Below, in pieces: positions 13,241-29,996 of a stretch of DNA of 64,000 nucleotides. Both the position numbers and the translations under genes were made by a program. This stretch comes from the human T2T-CHM13v2.0 reference genome, Homo sapiens: NCBI RefSeq assembly GCF_009914755.1, contig NC_060944.1. One strand, written 5' to 3'. The notes beneath the pieces were generated by a model that searched no databases, had not been told where the DNA came from, and was given only the letters and a program-made list of their open reading frames with translations. Every line of letters starts with the position of its first letter. The first letter of the stretch is position 1.

Positions 13241-14119
13241 AGAAGAAGGGAAATTAGACCAGGGTTTAGGAATTAGGAAATTCCTAAATTATGAAAGGAG
13301 GTATGGAGAGTTTGCCCTGCCTGGCTGAATACTCTGTATGGCGTCTCATTACTGCCCCCTCCCACCCTAACCTTGGCAGTCACCAGCCCTCCTCGCGCCC
13401 TGCTTGCCCATCGTGTTTTCTAAGCACCCACTAAAAAACTGATTGGATTCTGACTGTAGAGGCTCATTCTACCTCAAAGCAGAAATGATCTGAGTCTGAT
13501 GATTCTAAGAGCAGTTTGTGGGATACATTTAGGATAAGCACATTTTGACTGTGTCAGGGGCCATGATAATGATTTAGCAGAGGCTTACTAACTCCAGAGA
13601 GAGAATATTTTTAGCTTCTTTGAAATCCCAGTTTTCTGATGGCTTTCAGCCTGTGGCCCTAACTCTCTTCTGAGTAACACTCTTCACTTCTTGGCAGACA
13701 CAAGAGATTTCTCCAGCTTGAAAACAGAGGCAGCAGCCCCCTGCTGCCTATCTCTCTCATCTGTGTGCATTTCTGTCATTTGACTCAAGGCTGGCCAAGA
13801 TGTCTTATGGTCTTTCTTTCTTGTCTTTCTTCCTCCCTTAAACAGATATTTATTAGGCACCAACTATGTTCCAGGTATTGTTCTAGACACAAGGAATGCA
13901 GCATTAAACAAGACAAATAATATCTTTGCCCTCAAGGAGCTTACAATCCAGTTGAGGGTGAGATAGAGAGTTACGCATAGATCCTGAGGATCTCCAATTT
14001 TGCCAAGCTGCTGGTGAGTGAGTATACTGAGGGCTACTCGCCTGCTGCTGCCTCTTGGGGACAGCATGCTTGACCTTCTGAACCAGCTGCTTCAGGAGCT
14101 GAAGCTGAAGCTGAGGTAG

Positions 14120-14547
<428 letters not shown>

Positions 14548-15829
14548 AGGGAGCAGAGTTTTATCAGACAGTTTTGGTGGGTCCTATGTGGGAGTCACAT
14601 GGCCCTCCCTTTGCATAATAAAGTCTCTTGCCTACAAAAATTGAAATAACATAAATGAGGTGGGACTCTAGACAGAGAGAGCAGTATGTATATACCAATG
14701 CAAGAGGCAGCCTGGGGAGGTGTGAGAGCAAGAGGAAGATGGAAGGTGGACTTGTCAGTAATTGCTGTTCTTAAACATTGAGAAAAGTCAGTAGCACATA
14801 AGAAGTTAGATATACACAGAGACACAATATTAAGTCACCAAAAAAGAAATCAATAGAAGTATATGACTGATTCACAAATAAGTGGGACAGGTACAAGCAA
14901 AGGAATGGTCTGGGGACTACATTTAGGAGAAGTGGCAGGCTTGACCTTATCCAGTGAGAATCAGGTCTGCAGAACTGAGAGGAGTTAGTGGAGTCTGACC
15001 CAAGGTACTTCACCAGGAACCAGTGGGGAGGAACTGAAGGGGAAAGGGAAACAGAGACAGCTAAGTTGCTTTTAGCTATACCCATTCATGGCAGTGTCTT
15101 CGCCTGCGTCTCCAGAAACAGAGCCTGATTCTACAGGGCAGGAGTAAAGCAAAAGGAGTAAAGTGGAGGCGAAGGAAGAGCCAGTACCAGGATGGTTATT
15201 AATCTGGCCTCCACTAAGTATGGCTGATTGCTTCTGCTCAAGGGATTATCCTCTGAGAAATATAAAATGAGTCTCAGAATAGCCTATGGGAGGGGGAAGG
15301 GAAGGAAATTTATCCATCAGCTCATCTCATTGGATAAAGACTCATACCAGTTGTTCATGCATAGGTGCCAAGTGGGCTTCTGCAGTGTCCCAAAACTCAG
15401 TGTCAACAGGGAACCTAGCAAGAGGCACATGGCAGGGCCACAAGGCAAAGTGCTGTCAGGGTGCAGCTGTGTGAAGTCAGATGGTGCCCACGCAGAGCTT
15501 GATGCCACAGCAGCTGCTGGAATGAAAGATGATTGATGCTACAAGGGTGATGCCAGTGATGCAAAAATTTTTGTACCATATAGTGTGCCCCATTTCCAAA
15601 GGGCCCCAGAAAAGCAATCCTTGAGAGCTCTGAAGGGAGCCACAGAAGGGCTTCCAGCAGTTCTGGAACTTTCTTATAGTAACTCCACAAAAGAAGAGTT
15701 GCATCCCACCCGAATCTGTTCTCTCTTGCTTTCATGCCTGTGTTCACTTGTCTGTTTCCTCTATTAGACCATGAGCTTCTTTATTGTTCTTGTTAATATA
15801 TCTGTGACAGGAAAAACAACTCTTTTCAC

Positions 15830-16180
15830 CAGCCCATTTCATTTTCCTCCTAGGCTCATAAAAAAATTACATTTCTCAGTAATCAGGTAGGCCCATGTGA
15901 CTGAGCTCTGGGTAATGGAATCTGGACAGAAGTGGTAAATATATCCCATTTCTGGACATCCCCCAAAAACTCCCGTGAGATCTTTCAAACTTCTCCTTTC
16001 CTCATTCCTGGCCAGATGCAAAAATATTGAGTGGAGGACTCAGAGGCCCCAGAAAATGGCAGTGGTGGCTCACTGCATGGACTAGAACGTCTGTGCTCAC
16101 TTGCACTGGATTGTGTTGTAAGCAAGAGATAAAATGTCACAGTGTCAAGTCACTGAAATGTGAAGGTTGTCTGTTACCTG
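15830..16180 (+). mobile_element. MLT1-family MaLR LTR (old)
   Basis: GCCCATGTGACTGAGCTCTGG...AATGGAA...AAGTCACTGAAATGTGAAGGTTGTCTGTTAC. Confidence 0.6.
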
Positions 16181-16934
16181 TCTGATACAGTACTTGTCTA
16201 ACTTCATGTGATTCCGTGTCACTCCAGGGCAGGGACTGTGCTTGTAACTCAAGCACAATTGCAATGCGTGGCACATAGTAGGCATTTCTTGAAATATGGA
16301 CAAGAGTGAATGAGCTGATACTTGAGCCTGGTCTTAAAGATCAGAGGTAGAATGCCAAGCAAGGTGGCAAGTGGAAAGTGTTCCATGAAGGAGGTGTAGC
16401 ATGTGTAGAGGTAGAGAAACTAGGGAAAATAGAGTCTGTTCTCAGCCCAGCAGAAGGGTCATGGATATGGTTAGGGTGAGGCTAGAGAGAAGGCAAGGGT
16501 CAGATCACAAAAAGTCTTGTATGTTACATGAAGGAGTTTGAAATTTATCCTACAGGAATCATTCAAGGATTTAAAACAAGAATGTGATGTCATCAAGTTT
16601 ATCTTTAACAAATATCTCTCTAGCTACCTGGAAAAGGATGGATTAGAAAGGGAGAGTCAGAAATACAAAAAATTTTTAAAGCAGCATTTCATTCTTCCCA
16701 AGTTATTTGTCCCATAAGATGTTCCACTAAAAAGAGGTTTTGGGGACAAGTTAGTTTGGGAAGTTGAGTATACTGTAGCCCCTCCTGGAGGTTCTTGGAG
16801 ATTTCTGTTCACATATTAAAAACCCTGAGAGGTCCTACATTAATGAAATCTGTTAAAGTTTAATGTAATAGTTCTCAAAATTATTTGACCACAGAACCCT
16901 TTTTTCATTGAACACCTATTAAAACTGGTATCAC

Positions 16935-17740
<806 letters not shown>

Positions 17741-17811
17741 ATGCCCCACAGAAATAATGTTCCACAGAACCTAAATTGGGATAAAATGACTAAGTAAGGA
17801 GATTGATTTTT

Positions 17812-18370
17812 TAAACATTTTTAGCAGCTTTATTGTGGTATAATTCACATACCATACAATTTGCTTACTGCAAGTATACAGTTTGACGATGTTTAGTAAA
17901 TTTATACAGTTGTGCAACCATCACCACAATCCAGTTTTAGAATATTTCTGTCACCCTCAGAAGTTCCTTGTTCCCTCTTGCTGTCAATCTCCACTCCCAC
18001 CCCCAGGCCTGGGAAACCATTGATCTGCTTTCTTCTTTGGAGTTCTGCCTTTTTGAGAAATTTCGTATAAACAGAATAGTACAATATGTAGTCTTCTGTG
18101 TCTGGCTTATTTAATGTAATAATTGTGTGGTTCATTGTGTTGTAGAGTGTTTTGTCAGTTTGTACTTTTTAAAATTGCTTGAATGGCATTCCATTGTCTG
18201 CATATGCCACTCCATTGTCTGCATATGCCACCTTTTATTTATCACTTACTAAATGATGGACATTCGGATTGTTTCCACATTGGGACTATTATGAATAATG
18301 CTGCTATAAACCTTCAAGTAGAAGTCCTTGTGTGGACATATGTTGTCATTTCTCTTGGGTAGATGCCTAA
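17812..18370 (-). mobile_element. L1MB/L1MC-type 3' end
   Basis: GCTTTATTGTGGTATAATTCACATACCATAC...TTGTGCAACCATCACCACAATC...ATGAATAATGCTGCTATAAAC. Confidence 0.8.
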
Positions 18371-18389
18371 GGAGACTGGTGTTTAAAAC

Positions 18390-18690
18390 TGAATTCGTTC
18401 ACTGAAAAGACATTTATTGAGTGCCTATTACTGACAAGTATTGTGCTAGATGCCAAGGATACAGTAGTGAATAAAATTTGACACAAACTCAGCCCTCATG
18501 GAGCTTGCAGTCTATAGAAGAGAAAGGCATTAGTCCAGTAGTCATGCGAACAAACGTAACATCACAGCAGTGGTAAGTGTGTGCTATAAAGGAGGGGTAT
18601 AAGATGCTGTGAGAGATTATGCTAGAAGGATCTGCCTTTGTCAAGGAGGTCAGGAAAGCTGCCCTTGAGCTGAGTTCTGAAGTGTGTGAG
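18390..18690. mobile_element. L2 fragment
   Basis: CATTTATTGAGTGCCTATTA...GCCCTCATGGAGCTTGCAGTCTA. Confidence 0.7.
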
Positions 18691-18926
18691 AATGTAGTCA
18701 CTCTGATTTCTGTCTTTCAAAGTAATATCTTAAGAAGCCATATACTTATTTCCAATAATGCTGCCCTTGCAAACATGTCTGAGCCAGTTTATAGACACAC
18801 TGGTCTTGGGCCTATTTGTGCTTAGATAAAGTCTCTGTGTTTTAATCTCTCAGAGTTTTTGAAAACTGTGAAGCAAGCACAACGCACTGTCAGTAAAGGT
18901 ACCTTTTCAGTCATCTCTCTCTCTCT

Positions 18927-19060
18927 CTTTTTTTTTTTCTTCAGAGACAGGATCTTGCTGTGTTGCCCAGGCCGGTCTCAAACTCCTAGACTCAAGCAAT
19001 CCTTCTGCCTTGGCCTCCCCACACACTGGGATTACAGGCATGAGTCACTGCTCCCGGCCC
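18927..19060 (-). mobile_element. FLAM-type Alu monomer
   Basis: Single antisense left-monomer sequence after poly(T). Confidence 0.8.
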
Positions 19061-19466
19061 ATCTCTTATATTATTTTCTGTATGTTTGAAATATTTCATG
19101 ATTAAACATCTTAAAAATATCCTTTTTAGTTCCCTTGAGAATTGTACCTGCCAAGCAGCCCAGCCTGTCTTGTCAGACCCTGACCTTGTTCTCTCTCTGT
19201 GGGAAGAGGAGACATGATCAGAAGGTGATTTCTGGAACCTGGAACTGAGGGGATGATGCTAATAGCCAGTATTCTGGAACTACACTGGTCCAATCCCTGT
19301 ATCTCTACTGTAGGGGTGAATCTGCCACAAGGCATCCTCCTGCCAGAAGCTCCATTCTCCAGCACAAAGCTGGATAAGACTAGTTAAGCCCACAGGCTTT
19401 GAAGCCCTACAGATGTGGTTCAAATCTCAGCTCTACCACTAGTGTCCTTAAGAAAGTCACTTAACA

Positions 19467-19777
<311 letters not shown>

Positions 19778-20346
19778 TTAACTTACAGTTTCATGATTCC
19801 AATAATAGGGTTGTTGTGTGGATTAAATGATTCATGCAAAGTGCTTTGCACATGGCAACTGCTCAACAAATTGGTTATTAATATATAATTATCGCAGCCT
19901 TTCCTCTGCCTCCCATTTCCCCGTGTTCTGTATAGACTTTCCCCCTTTGTCGACCTGCAGGTTTTGAAACATATTAATTCCATTGATTTAACTGAAGTCA
20001 ATCTCTGTTCTTGTGTTTGGCTTGGGGAACCTTCTGTCTTTTGGAGTGCCTTCTACTGATATATGGCCTCTACCCCTCATGTATTAATCTCACTGATTTA
20101 ACTCTTACAGTGCCACAGAGCTCTCACTCTCACCCATGTATAGCACTACCGCTATTTTGATTTTTTAAATCCAAGGTTATATATAAAAATGACTGTGGTC
20201 CCTTTCAGTTACTATGATTTATGGAAAATCACACCTCAAATGTTCTTGGGCAGGATTTTTCAAAAACGCTGGTCACGCTACCCTGAAACAGCTTCGTAAA
20301 TCCTTCATTCTTGCTCAGCAGTGTACTTTCCTGCAATGACCATTAG

Positions 20347-20742
<396 letters not shown>

Positions 20743-20924
20743 TCAAGTTGCTGTAGAATCCTTTTCTTTATGTGTGCAATTCTACCATCAACATTACTGA
20801 CCAATTTGGTGAGGCTACCGTCTGAAAACTGGTAATAAAAATAAGCAACACAGTTTTACATACTAGAAACAAAAAACTATAGTTTTAAAAAATTAATTAG
20901 TTTCCATGTTTTTGCTGAGGTGAA

Positions 20925-21437
20925 GCATGGTAACTGTCCTTCCAGTTGGCCCCCAGTGATACTCACTTGCTGTGATTCAAACCCTTATACTGCCCTCTCC
21001 TGTACTGAATAGACCTGATTTATGTATGTAACCAGTAGGATATTGCAGAAGTGACAGAGTGTAACTTCCAATGCTAGTCATAAATGGCATTGCAGCATCT
21101 GTCTTGCTGTTTTGGGTAATTTGCAATGGGAAGAGTCCATTGTCATGACATGAGGACATTCAGTCAGCCTTATGGAAAAAGTCTTTGTGGCAAGAACTCA
21201 AGGCCTCTTGTCAGGAACCATGTGAATGGGCCATCTTGGAAGTAGATCCTCCATGCCTAGTCAAGCCTTCAGATGAGACTGCATCCATCCCCAGCCAACA
21301 TTTTGACTGCAACCTCATGAAAACCTAAGTCACTCTCAAATTTCTGACCTATGAAAACTATGTGAGATAATAAATGTTTATTGTTGTTTTTAAGCCACCA
21401 AGCTTTGGAGATAATTTGTAATGCAGCAATAGATAAC
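20925..21437 (+). mobile_element. MLT1E/F-like MaLR solo LTR
   Basis: Ends AATAAATGTTTATTGTTGTTTTTAAGCCACCAAGCTTTGG...ATGCAGCAATAGATAAC. Confidence 0.8.
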
Positions 21438-21606
21438 AGTATTTCCTTGGGTGATACAACTGACAGCCATCATTAAGTTACTGTATATTTAAAATGTGCT
21501 TTGTATAAATTTGCCCCACATTTTAAGTGTTTTCTTAACATATGATCTACATCCAGATATTTTAGGTTATTCTATGACTCATTTCAGTCCCATTCAGCAA
21601 ACATGC

Positions 21607-22005
21607 TGTATTAGTCTGTTCTCACACTGCTATAAAGAACTACCTGAGACTGGGTAATTTAGCAAGAAAAGAGGTTTAATTGACTCACATTACTGCAGGC
21701 TGGACAGGAAGCATGATTGGGGAGGCCTCAGGAAACTTACAATCATGGTGGACGGGCAAAGGAGAAACAAGCACATATTCACGTGGCGGCAGGAGAGAGA
21801 GAGAGAAAGAGAGAGAAAGAGAAAGGGGAAGTGCTACACACTTTTAAACAACCAGATCTCATGGGAACTCATTCACTATCATGAGAACAAAAAGGAGGAA
21901 ATCTGCCCCCATGAGTCAATCACCTCCCACCAGGTCCTTCCCCTAACATTGGGAATTACAATTCAACATGAGATTTGGTTGAGGACACAGAGCCAAACCG
22001 TATCA
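21607..22005 (-). mobile_element. MSTA-like MaLR solo LTR
   Basis: TGTATTAGTCTGTTCTCAC...AGCCAAACCGTATCA; TG...CA ends; near-matching 5 bp TSD CATGC/CTTGC. Confidence 0.9.
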
Positions 22006-22343
22006 CTTGCATTGCCTACTTGTATCAAAGCCTGTTCGTAACAGAAAACTCCAGATCAACCATCAGCAATTTGAACGAAACTGATGGCAGTAAGTTGTTT
22101 TTCTCCATCCAATTCCATTTATTGTGAATGATTCTTATGCTTTCATGATTGTAGTTAAATCTCTGGATGCCAGGAAGTCCAGCTCCTACCACTTCTTTTG
22201 CTTCTTTTTGGAATATATGCCAGAAGGGAATAAAGTTGAAGAGAATGATGCCCCCATGTTACTAAAACATGCACTGTTACATTGACAGTTCATAATAGCT
22301 AATTTTATTGCATAATTAATATGAACTAAGCACTGCTTTTAAA

Positions 22344-24104
22344 ATTTTTAAAAATAATTTCAATTTTTATTTTAGATTCAGTGGGTACATGTGCAGGTTT
22401 GTTACATGTGAATATTGTGTGATGCTGAGGTTTGGGGTGTGAATGATCCCGTCACCCAGGTGGTAAGTATAGCACACAATAGGAGTTTTTTCAGTCCTTC
22501 CCTCCTTCCTCCCTCCCACCACTAGTAGTCCCCAGTGTCTATTGTTCCCATCTTTATGTCCATTTGTACCCAATGCTTAGCTCCCACTTATAAGTGAGAA
22601 CATTTGGTATTTGGTTTTCTGTTCCTACATTAGTTAGCTTAGGATAATGACCTCCAATTACATCCATGTTGCTGCAAAGGACATGATTTTATTCTTTGTT
22701 ATGGCTAGATAGTATTCTATGGTGTATATGTACCACATTTCATTATCCAATCCACCATGGATGGCCATCTAGGTTATTCTATGTCTTTGCTCTTGTGAAT
22801 AGTGCAGTGACGAATGTATGAGTGCACATGTCTTTTTGGTAGGATGACTTATTTTTTGGGGGGTATACACCCAGTAGTAGAATTGCTGGATTGAATGGTA
22901 GTTTTGAGTTATTTGAGAAATCTCTAAACTGCTTTCCACAGTGGCTAGACTAATTTACATTCCCACCAACAGTGTATAGGTATTCCCTTTTCTCTGAAGC
23001 CTCGCCAGCATCTATTATTTTCTGACTTTCTAATAATAGCCATTCTAAGTGGTGTAAGATGGTATTTCATTGTGGTTTTGATTTGTGTCTTGATGATTAG
23101 TGATGTCGAGGTTTTTTTTTAATATATGTTTGTTGGCCACTCATATTTCTTCTTTTGAGAAATCTTTGTTCATGTTCTTTGCCTACTTTCTTTATTTTTT
23201 GGAGGCAGGATTTCATTCTTTTGCCTAGGCTGGAGTGCAGTGGTGCGATCATGGCTCACTGCAGCCTCAACCTCCTGGGCTCAAGCAATCTTACATTAGC
23301 CTCCCGAGTAGGTAGGACTACAGGCATATGCCACCACATTGTAGTTTTTTGTAGAGATGGGGTTTCACAATGTTGCCTAGGCTGGTCTCAAACTTCTGGG
23401 CTTAAGTGATCTGCCTGCCTTGGTCTCCCAAAGTGCTGGGATTATAGGCCTGAGCCACTGTGCCTGGCCCTTTGCCTACTTTTTAATGGGGTTGTTTGTT
23501 TTTGCTTTCTTGATTTGTCTAAGTTCCTTACAGATTCTGGATATTAGACCTGTTTTAGATGCATAGTTTGCAAATATTTTCTCCCATTCTGTAGGTTGTC
23601 TGTTTACTTTGTTGAAAGTTTGTTTTGCTGTGTGAAAGCTGTTTAGTTTAATTAGGTCCCACTTGTCAATTTTTGTTTTTGTTGTGATTGCTTTTGAGGA
23701 CCTAATCATAAATTATTTTCCAAGGCCAATGTCCAGAATGGTATGTCCTAGGTATTCTTCTAGGATTTACTTATAGTTTGAGGTTTTACATTTAAATATT
23801 TAATCTATCTTGAGTTAATTTTTGTATATGGTTAAAAAGTATGGGTCCAGTTTCATTCTTCTGCTCATGGCTAGCCAGCTATCCCAGCACCATTTATTGA
23901 ATAGGAAGTCTTTTCCTCATTGCTTATGTTTGTCAGCTTTGTCAAAGATCAGATGGCTGTAGCTGTGTGGCTTTAATTCTGGGTTCTCTATTCTGTTCTG
24001 TTGGGCTGTGTGTCTGTTTTTGTACCAGTACCATGTTGTTTTGGTTACTGTAGCCTTATGGTATAGCTTAATATTGGGTAATGTGATGCCTCTGGCTTTG
24101 TTCC
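22344..24104 (-). mobile_element. 5'-truncated L1PA/L1PB-type LINE inserted in a MIR, itself interrupted by an AluJ (23190-23469)
   Basis: ORF 23476-23709 ([17 protein letters not shown]...[12 protein letters not shown]) is L1 ORF2 C-terminal sequence; L1 TSD AAGCACTG(C)TTTTAAA at 22328 and 24105; Alu TSD CTTTGCCTACTTT. Confidence 0.92.
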
Positions 24105-24443
24105 AAGCACTGTTTTAAATGCTTTACATGTATAAAATATTTAATTCTTACAAAGAAAAAGTTATTACCCTCATTTTACAAATAGTAAAACTGAGGCACA
24201 TCACTGGAAGGAAGGCTGCAGAGTCTAGAGCTATCACCATCTCTGTCTGTCAGCCACAAGCCCAGGTGCCAAAGTGCAGCAGTAGCTGCCACACAAATAG
24301 CAGTTCAGTCCAGTGTCCTAGCTTTCCTAGGCTCCCGCTCTAGGTATCACAAGCAAAAACAAGGCTAGGATTTGACAGAAGGAAAAGTGAAAAGAAAGCA
24401 CCAACAAAGCATACAAACAAAAACATTTACAGAACACAGATGC

Positions 24444-25007
24444 TGTGATGGTTAATGTTATATGTCAACTTGACTGGGCTAAGGGACGCACAGATAGCTG
24501 GAGAAACATTTCTGGGTGTGTCTCTGAGGATGTTCCCAGGATAAATTAGCATCTGAATCAGTAGACTTAATAAAGAAGATTGCCCTCACCAATGTTAGTG
24601 GGCATCGTCTGTTGAGGGCCCAAAGAGAATAAAAATATGGAAGAAGAGTAAATTCCCCCTCTCCTTGAACTGGGACATTGGAGTTCCTGGTTCTCAGGCT
24701 TTGGATTCTGAAAACTACACCTGCACTCCCCTCACCTCTACTCTCTGTTCTCAGGCCTTCAAGCTTGAACTAGGAATTATATCATAAGATCTCCTGGTTC
24801 TCAGGCCTTTGGACTCATACTGAATCAAACCTCTGGATTTCCTGGTTCTACAGCTTGCAGATGGCAGATAGTGGAAATATTCAGCCTCCATAATCATGTG
24901 AGCCAATTCCCATAATAAATCTTCTTGTGTGTGTATGTGTGTGTGTGTGCATGTGTGCATGCTTGTGTGTGTCCTTTTGGTTCTATTCTCTGGAGAACCC
25001 TAATTCA
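24444..25007 (+). mobile_element. MLT2B-like ERVL solo LTR
   Basis: TGTGATGGTTAAT...TGTCAACTTGACTGGGCTAAGGG...TGGAGAACCCTAATTCA; TSD-like GATGC/GATGT. Confidence 0.88.
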
Positions 25008-25016
25008 GATGTCTTA

Positions 25017-25655
<639 letters not shown>

Positions 25656-25689
25656 GGATGAACAGCAACAGCTTAGCTTTACTGGCTTA

Positions 25690-25845
25690 ATGGTTCTCCA
25701 AGTGTGGTTCCTGGACCAGCAGCAGCATCTAGGAACTTGGTAAAAATCCAAATTCTTGGACTCAACCCAAACCAACTGGATCAGAAAGTTTGGGGGTGGG
25801 GCTAGAAGCCTGTGCTTAAATGCATGCTGAAGTCTGAGCTCCACC
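25690..25845. mobile_element. MER5A-like element
   Basis: TGGTTCTCCAAGTGTGGTTCCTGGACCAGCAGCAGCATC. Confidence 0.75.
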
Positions 25846-26172
25846 GACGTAGGGGACCCAGCTGTGGCTAAATCTGGGCTGTGTGACTCAGAGCCCATGA
25901 CAACTCTGGGGAGTCATTACAGCGCCAATTTTGGAGTCCAACAGCAACAATGAAAGATATTCTAGCCAAAAAGAAACATGACTGTCATTCCTTCATAGGA
26001 ATGGAATAAAGCAGGGATCTTCAACATGCCTTTGATGCCCCCTGTCAAACACAGATTCCTGGGCTAGGATGAAGGGTATCCACCTAACTTAACTTGAAAA
26101 TATGGATTAAGTGCCAACTGTAGTGGATGAAAGCATGTTGAGAGGAGGCTGAAAGAGGCCAGGTCACTTTAG

Positions 26173-26729
<557 letters not shown>

Positions 26730-27312
26730 TAAAGGAAAGTATTTCTGGTTGACAAGTCACAATCCTCTACCTAGTGATTCAGGGGGATTCCTTCTACGCC
26801 ATAACTACATCATCCCCTAGGGTTTTGTCATCTTCTGCATCCAACTAGCAAGAAGAGATTGTGGTTAGGACACACCCCCTTTTAAAAAGCCTAGAAATCA
26901 CACATATCACTTCTGCTTATGTGTCATTGGCTAGAACTCAGTTACATGGCCACACCAAACCACAAGAGAAGCTGAATAATGTAGTTTGTATGTACCCAGG
27001 AAGAAGAGGAAATGAATTTTTGATGAAGACATAGCAAGATCTTTTATCAGGAACAGAGTGGGATGATAAAAATAACTGGATTTTGGGCTCCAGTTATTTA
27101 GATAGATTTTTAAAACTATCTGTTTTGTTCTTCTCCAGTATTCTCAACACCTGACAGGTACCTTGCAGAGCTCAGCAAATGTTGGTTGAATGATGGAAAA
27201 CACTGGAAAAATGATGGGAAATGGTGTCACACCTGTTTCTACTTCTCCCTCCATATCCATGGAGAAATTCTGGCTAATTTACCACCTTCTTTCTTGCTAA
27301 TCCTGTACTTAA

Positions 27313-27676
<364 letters not shown>

Positions 27677-27819
27677 GGCAAACATTATTAGTCAACTAGG
27701 AATGGCTCACAGTATGAAACCTAATTGGTATCTTGGGACATTGACTTTTTGCTATAGTCATTTCATCTGTAAAACTGGTATGAGCCCTGTGTAGGCAGTT
27801 TCTCAGAGGTGCCTTTTTT

Positions 27820-28032
27820 AAATTATTATTTTTTATTTTTATACACAGGGTCTTCCTGTCACCCAGGCTGAAGTACAGCAACATGATCATAGCTCACTGC
27901 AGCCTTAAACTTCTGGGCTCAAGCGATCCTACAAGTAGCTGGGACTACAGGTATGCATCACTGTGTTGTCTAATTTTTTATTTTTTATTTTTATTTTTGT
28001 AGAGATAGGGTCTCACTATGTTTCCCAGGCTC
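27820..28032 (-). mobile_element. Truncated AluJ-type SINE
   Basis: Antisense right arm plus partial left arm. Confidence 0.8.
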
Positions 28033-28535
28033 AAAGTATAAACCTTTTATGTATAATTCACTGATGTCCTAGTGCTGGCCAGAGCTTATGTTTATAAACC
28101 AGTGATCTTACATTGTTGAAATGTTAGTTCCTTCAAAATCTTTTGACTCAGGGCTCTAGAATCATCCAACTGTTGAGGAGTGATATCTTCCCAGACCAGA
28201 CTGCTGATCAGTCACAAGGAATTGTCCTTCCTCATTCATTTCTGAAATATTATTTTGGCCAAGGTTCTGATAACATCACATTTTCCATTACATTTTTCTT
28301 GAAAGGTTTTGAAGTAGTATAAACTATGCCCTCATGGGCCAGTGTTGAGCTCCATGAAGGAGTCTCAGCACTTCTGCATACCCAACAAATGAATGGTACC
28401 TCCAGGAGAGGAGCTGGGCCACTCTAACTCACCCAAACAACTTCACTCCAGTTTCAACTTATGAGCTTGATGGATTCTTGACCTTAAACATGTTCAGAAA
28501 TCTAGCAGTCATTTAACCATGCTTCTCAGTGGTCA

Positions 28536-29063
<528 letters not shown>

Positions 29064-29814
29064 TCAGTCTAACTTATCTACATCTCAGCCTGTGATGAGA
29101 GACCATTAACAGTTTTGACAACTATAAATTATGGTAGTGTTTGTGAGTGGTGATATTTATGGTTACTGCCACTGCTTATCCTTTTGCTTCAGTAGTATAT
29201 GCCTTCTCACCTTATTACTAGTACCTGTGAGGGGAAAGCCTGGGGAAAAAAACAAAACTTGTTGTTAAAAATAAAACTGGCCATATTTGTTTAGCTTTTT
29301 TCTTATATAATGGCAGTTTTTGAGCTCTTTAAATTTTTTTATTATTCAAGTAGTTGCAAAATGCTTTTATGACCATCACACCACAAATATTTTACAGAAC
29401 TATTTGTCTTACTTCCTTGGAAAAAATACCCAGCATAGATTGTGAGGAGTATGGGTTGCATCTAAACCTCTTCACAGAGAGGGAGGGCGTGTGGCAGAAA
29501 AGATACTGGGACACACAGTTTTAACCCAGTACCTCCCTACACACTCACATATTGCAGGGTTACCTATTGCCCTCACTCCTTCTGGGCATAACCAGGAGAA
29601 AGGCATATCTGGGTCAATACAGACAAAGTCAGTACTGGCATGGCTCTGTAAGCTAAGTAAGATTCTGGAAAGATCCATTGGCATACACCAGTACAAAGTA
29701 CCTCAGGCAAAACCGAGTCAGGGTTAGGAGCTACAATCAAATAAAAAGATGATTGAGAAGAAATGACAAAGATCCAGGCAGAATGATCTGTTTTGGTAAG
29801 TTGGTCCAAATTGT

Positions 29815-29815
29815 G

Positions 29816-29851
<36 letters not shown>

Positions 29852-29920
29852 CAGAGCAGAAACAGGGACAGAGAGATGGAGAGAGGGAGAAAGAACAGGG
29901 AGAGAGAGAGAGACAGAGAA
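29815..29920. repeat. (GA)n microsatellite and GA-rich tract
   Basis: Direct reading. Confidence 0.9.
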
Positions 29921-29996
29921 AGTGTGTCTTTGTGGTCTTAGAAGGGTACTGTTTATTATAATTGAAGGGTCAGAGGCAAGGCAGATAAGGGTAGCT

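Noticed and set aside
14650-15560. Possible LTR/LINE remnants
   Set aside because: Too diverged to assign a family or boundaries by eye.
23476-23709. ORF with clear protein similarity
   Set aside because: Dead L1 ORF2 fragment, not a host gene.
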